Assembly: GCF_009914755.1 (NCBI RefSeq)
Contig: NC_060928.1
Direction: 5' to 3' (one strand)
Origin: the human T2T-CHM13v2.0 reference genome, Homo sapiens
Length of the DNA stretch: 64,000 nt
The position numbers were made by a program, and so were the translations under genes. Below, one piece after another: positions 57,235 through 64,000 of this stretch (positions are counted from its first letter, which is position 1; the number at the start of each line of letters is the position of its first letter). The notes beneath the pieces are model-generated. The model was not told where the DNA came from. It searched no databases and saw only the letters and a list, made by a program, of their open reading frames with translations.

Positions 57235-58424
57235 TGTTTCCAGGTTTTTACTGTTATAAGCAGTGCTCCAATTAATATTACATCTCCATATTGGGCACTT
57301 ATGAGGTACATCTATAAATACATTCTCAGAAATGAAATTGCTATGTCAAAGAATAATTGCACTTTTCATTTGCATAGACATTTCCAAATTACCCTCCTGG
57401 CCCCAATTAATATTCTTACATTTCCATCTTTGGGCACCTATGAAGTATATCTATAGATACATTCTCAGAAGTGAGATTGCCATGTCAAAGAGTAATTACA
57501 CTTTTACTTTCCGTAGATGTTTCCAGATTATCCTCCTAAGAAGTTACGTTGGTTTATACTCCTACCAACTGTGTATTTTCTCCACATAATTAAGTATGGA
57601 CACTAAAGTAACAATAGTCCCTATCTTACATGGTTATTGTGAGGATTAAATGAAGTAAATGCCAAAAGGTACCTACTAAGCTGTCAGCAAATGACTTATA
57701 TTATTAATATAATTATTGTTTTTTTCTGAACTTTATTACCAGAAATATTATAAACCTAGACAGTGCTTCATGAGGTTGGGAAAGAGGGTTCATACAATTG
57801 ATCTGAGCAATATATGCCTCCAAAATACTGTTATCTGTATTAGAACAGACGAGCTCTGCATCTAGGCCTTGGGCCCAGGGAGTCTGGCATCTGGGGCTGA
57901 CGTTAGGGGACAGAGTCCACAGGTATATCTCAAATTTGCTGGAAAGGGCATGCCTCAGGAATGGGGCGCAGTAGATGTAACTACATGTGTGCCTCTGCAG
58001 CCTGGAATGGCAGCTGTGGCTGTTTGCATGGGGAGGAGAAAGTCATCATTTGGGAGGGACCTTTAGAATATCCCATCCCAAACACTTCTCTCCTTCTCTT
58101 ACTCTGAAGGGCTTAATTTAAATTTGCTTTGTGGATTAACGTATTGAGAATGATTTAGGGAGTTCCTTACCTAAAAAATGTTTTCCCTCATCTGCACACT
58201 GTCGCTTGAAATTTATTTCACAGGAGAGGGAGCCGTAACCATAGGCAGTGTGGTATTATGAAAGGAGTACTGGCTCTTCACTATGGGTTTACTGTGGTTT
58301 GCTGAGGGTAGTTGAGTGGGTGAGAAAGTCACTTAGCTGCCCCAAGCCTCACTTTTCTCCATCGGAAAATTAAGTAGCCATGTAATACATGAAAGAGAGA
58401 ATGTTGTGAAAACACTTTGAGAAT

Positions 58425-59520
<1,096 letters not shown>

Positions 59521-60296
59521 ATTTAGAGACAGTCTTGCTCTATTGTTCAGGTTGGGGAACAGTGGTATAATCATAGCTGACTGTAACCTGGAACTCCTGG
59601 GCTCAAGTAATCCTCCCCACCTCAGCCTCCGGAATAGCTAGGACTACTGGTGCATACCACCACAGCTGGCTAATTTTTAAAAATGTTGCCACTCAAGATG
59701 TGTGGCCCTGGATCAAAATGGTGAAATTCTCTGAACTAATTTTTCTCATCTGCAGAAATAGGAGTAATAATAATAACAGTCATATCTAACTGGAGGTGTG
59801 AGGCTGTGGTAAGCAAACTTACAATGCTTACAGTATGTGAGGATTCTGTCAGTGTGCTTTCTTTCCTTCTTTTCCAGAACATAGAGGATGGAGGAGCAGG
59901 CCTTAAGAGGGAAAGACACAGAAGATGCAATAGAGAGCCTTGTAGCTCTTTTTTGTCTGTCTCTCCCTCTCTCTCAAAATAAAGCCTATGTAGAGGTATT
60001 TTTTTGTCTGATACAGCTGCATGTGTTTGCAGTTTAGTAGGAACTTTGTGGTTAAACCATGCTTTCTAAGATTTTCTTAAAAGGCCAACCTTGTTGCCAG
60101 ATGATACCATTAATCAAGTTATTCAAGTTATTGTCACATAGGGCTTCAGGCAGGAAGGAAGGTTAGGAATGGTCTTTAGTCTCATAGAATGAACTCCCTT
60201 TTGGTCTGAGTGTCTCCTTCAGTAGGAAGGGATGTGATGTTAATTGACCAGTCTTTAGGGGGGAAATAGATGACCCCCACCATCCGGATACTCAGT

Positions 60297-60593
60297 TTTT
60301 ATTCTTTTTTTTTTTTGAGATGGAGTTTCGCTCTTGTTGCCCAGGCTGGAGCGCAATGGCTCGATCTCGGCTCACCGCAACCTCCGCCTCCCAGGTTCAA
60401 GCAATTCTACTTCAGCCTCCCGAGTAGCTGAGATTACAGGCATGCATCACTACGCCCGGCTAATTTTTGTATTTTTAGTAGAGACGGGGTTTCCCCATGT
60501 TGAGGCTGGTCTCGAACTCCTGACCTCAGGTGATCTGCCCGCCTCAGCCTCCCAAAGTGCTGGGATTACAGGCATGAGCCACAGCACCCGGCC
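60297..60593 (-). mobile_element. Alu (AluSp-like)
   Basis: GAGTTTCGCTCTTGTTGCCCAGG...CTCACCGCAACC. Confidence 0.93.
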
Positions 60594-60598
60594 TCTTT

Positions 60599-60654
<56 letters not shown>

Positions 60655-60811
60655 TCCTTTCTTTCCTTTCCTTTCTTTCCTTTCTTTCCTTTCTTTCCTT
60701 TCTTTCTTTCTTTCTCTTTCTTTCTTTCCTTCCTTCCTTCCTTCCTTCTTTTCTTTTCTTTTCTTTTCTTTTCTTTTTTTTCTTTTCTTTTCTTTCTTTT
60801 TTTTTTTTTTT
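60594..60811. repeat. Complex polypyrimidine STR (TTTC)n/(TTTCC)n/(TTCC)n/(TTTTC)n, expanded tail of the Alu at 60812-60992
   Basis: ~215-bp pure pyrimidine tract. Confidence 0.95.
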
Positions 60812-62440
<1,629 letters not shown>

Positions 62441-62506
62441 TGATTTTCTTTATTGCCAGATATGACATGAATGTTTATAAACATTCCTTGTATTCTAAAG
62501 AATATG

Positions 62507-62880
<374 letters not shown>

Positions 62881-63240
62881 CTAACTTTTTGCTTGCATTG
62901 CTCATATTTCCTATTTACTGTTACTGACTTGAGCAATGTGGTAGATTATTATGGTAATCTCATTATGGTAGATTTGTCAGTTTCTCTGTGAGTTCTAGCA
63001 ATTTTTGGTTCATATATGTTGACAGTATTTTATTAGGTGTGAATAACCTTATACTTTTCATCTTCCTGTTGAGCTGTACTTAGGTTTATGGCCTTTTCCA
63101 TTCCGAATAAATGCTTTTATTTTCTTGGTCTTCATTGTCTGATATTAATATAATTACTCCAGCTTTGTTTTGTTTGGTGTTTGCCTGGTATTTGTATTTT
63201 TGTCCATTTATTTTCAGACTGTCTGTGTTCTGTTTCATGG

Positions 63241-63716
63241 GTATATTAGTTTTTTGTGGCTCCTGTAACAAGTTACCACATACGTGGTGCTTTAAAACAG
63301 CAGAAATTATTCTCTCATAGTTCTGGAGGCCAGAAGTTTGAAAACAATATCACTGGACCAAAATCAAGGTGTCACTAGGGCTGTGCATTCTTCCTCTGGA
63401 GGTCGTATGGGAGAATCTGTTCCTCGCCTCTTCCAGCTTCTCATGGCTGCCACATTCCTTGGCTGTGGCTGCATCACTCCAATCTTTGTGACCCAGGTCA
63501 GATTGGTTTCTTGTCTTCTGTGTGGTTAAATCTCCCCCACCTCGATTTTATAAGGATACTGGTGATTACATTCAGGGCCCACCCAGGTAATCCAGGATAA
63601 TTTCACAATCCCAAAATACTTAATTATATCTGTAGTCTTTGCCATATAAAGTAATATTTACAGGTTCCAGGCATTATTCAGACCTGTTAACTTGGGGACC
63701 GTTACTCAGCTTACTA
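63241..63716 (-). mobile_element. ERVL-MaLR solo LTR (MLT1C/D-like) within old L1 sequence
   Basis: AAAACAGCAGAAATTATTCTCTCATAGTTCTGGAGGCCAGAAG, CAAAATCAAGGTGTC, AGGGCCCACCCAGGTAATCCAGGATAAT. Confidence 0.82.
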
Positions 63717-64000
63717 AAAGAGTGTCTCTTATAAGTTACCTGTAATTTCTGTCTTTTAACTGGCATAATTTAGTACATTTATGTTATGATTCAGATAAAT
63801 TTGTACTTTCTTTATCATCTTAGGTTTTGTATTCTGTTTGTCTTTTCTCCCCATGCTTGCCTTTTTAAACAACTGGGAGTTGTTTGTTTTTCTTTATATT
63901 CTTCCATCTTTTGGTTTGGAAATGACATACTCTTAATATTCTTTTAGTGATTACCCTTGAAATTTTGCTATGCATATTTAACGAAGTCTAAAACTAATAT

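Overview
Human (primate) genomic DNA recognisable as chromosome 4p16.3. The + strand carries the complete SH3BP2 gene (3BP2 adaptor: PH, proline-rich, SH2; the cherubism gene). Twelve coding exons (ATG 29100 to TGA 42289) splice to 1686 nt = 561 aa. There are at least four alternative first exons (~1.8 kb, 20.9 kb, 26.7 kb, 27.3 kb) and a long repeat-rich 3' UTR. A CpG island with the non-coding first exon of ADD1 (alpha-adducin) follows at ~52.3 kb, and the rest of the window is ADD1 intron 1 (Alu, L1, LTR). Almost all ORFs in the supplied track are spurious. I found no new protein-coding or prokaryote-style system. The most unusual structure is in SH3BP2 intron 5: a UG-rich minisatellite with about 20 UGCAUG (RBFOX) motifs upstream of exon 6, plus a ~260-bp inverted copy of its distal part inserted ~1 kb upstream between 23-bp direct repeats. 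Together they predict a long non-Alu RNA hairpin. Other points of interest are a tandemly duplicated exon-4 donor, a GC-AG intron after the tankyrase-degron exon, candidate in-frame upstream cassette exons, and inverted Alus in the 3' UTR. Repeat family names and boundaries are by eye and approximate.
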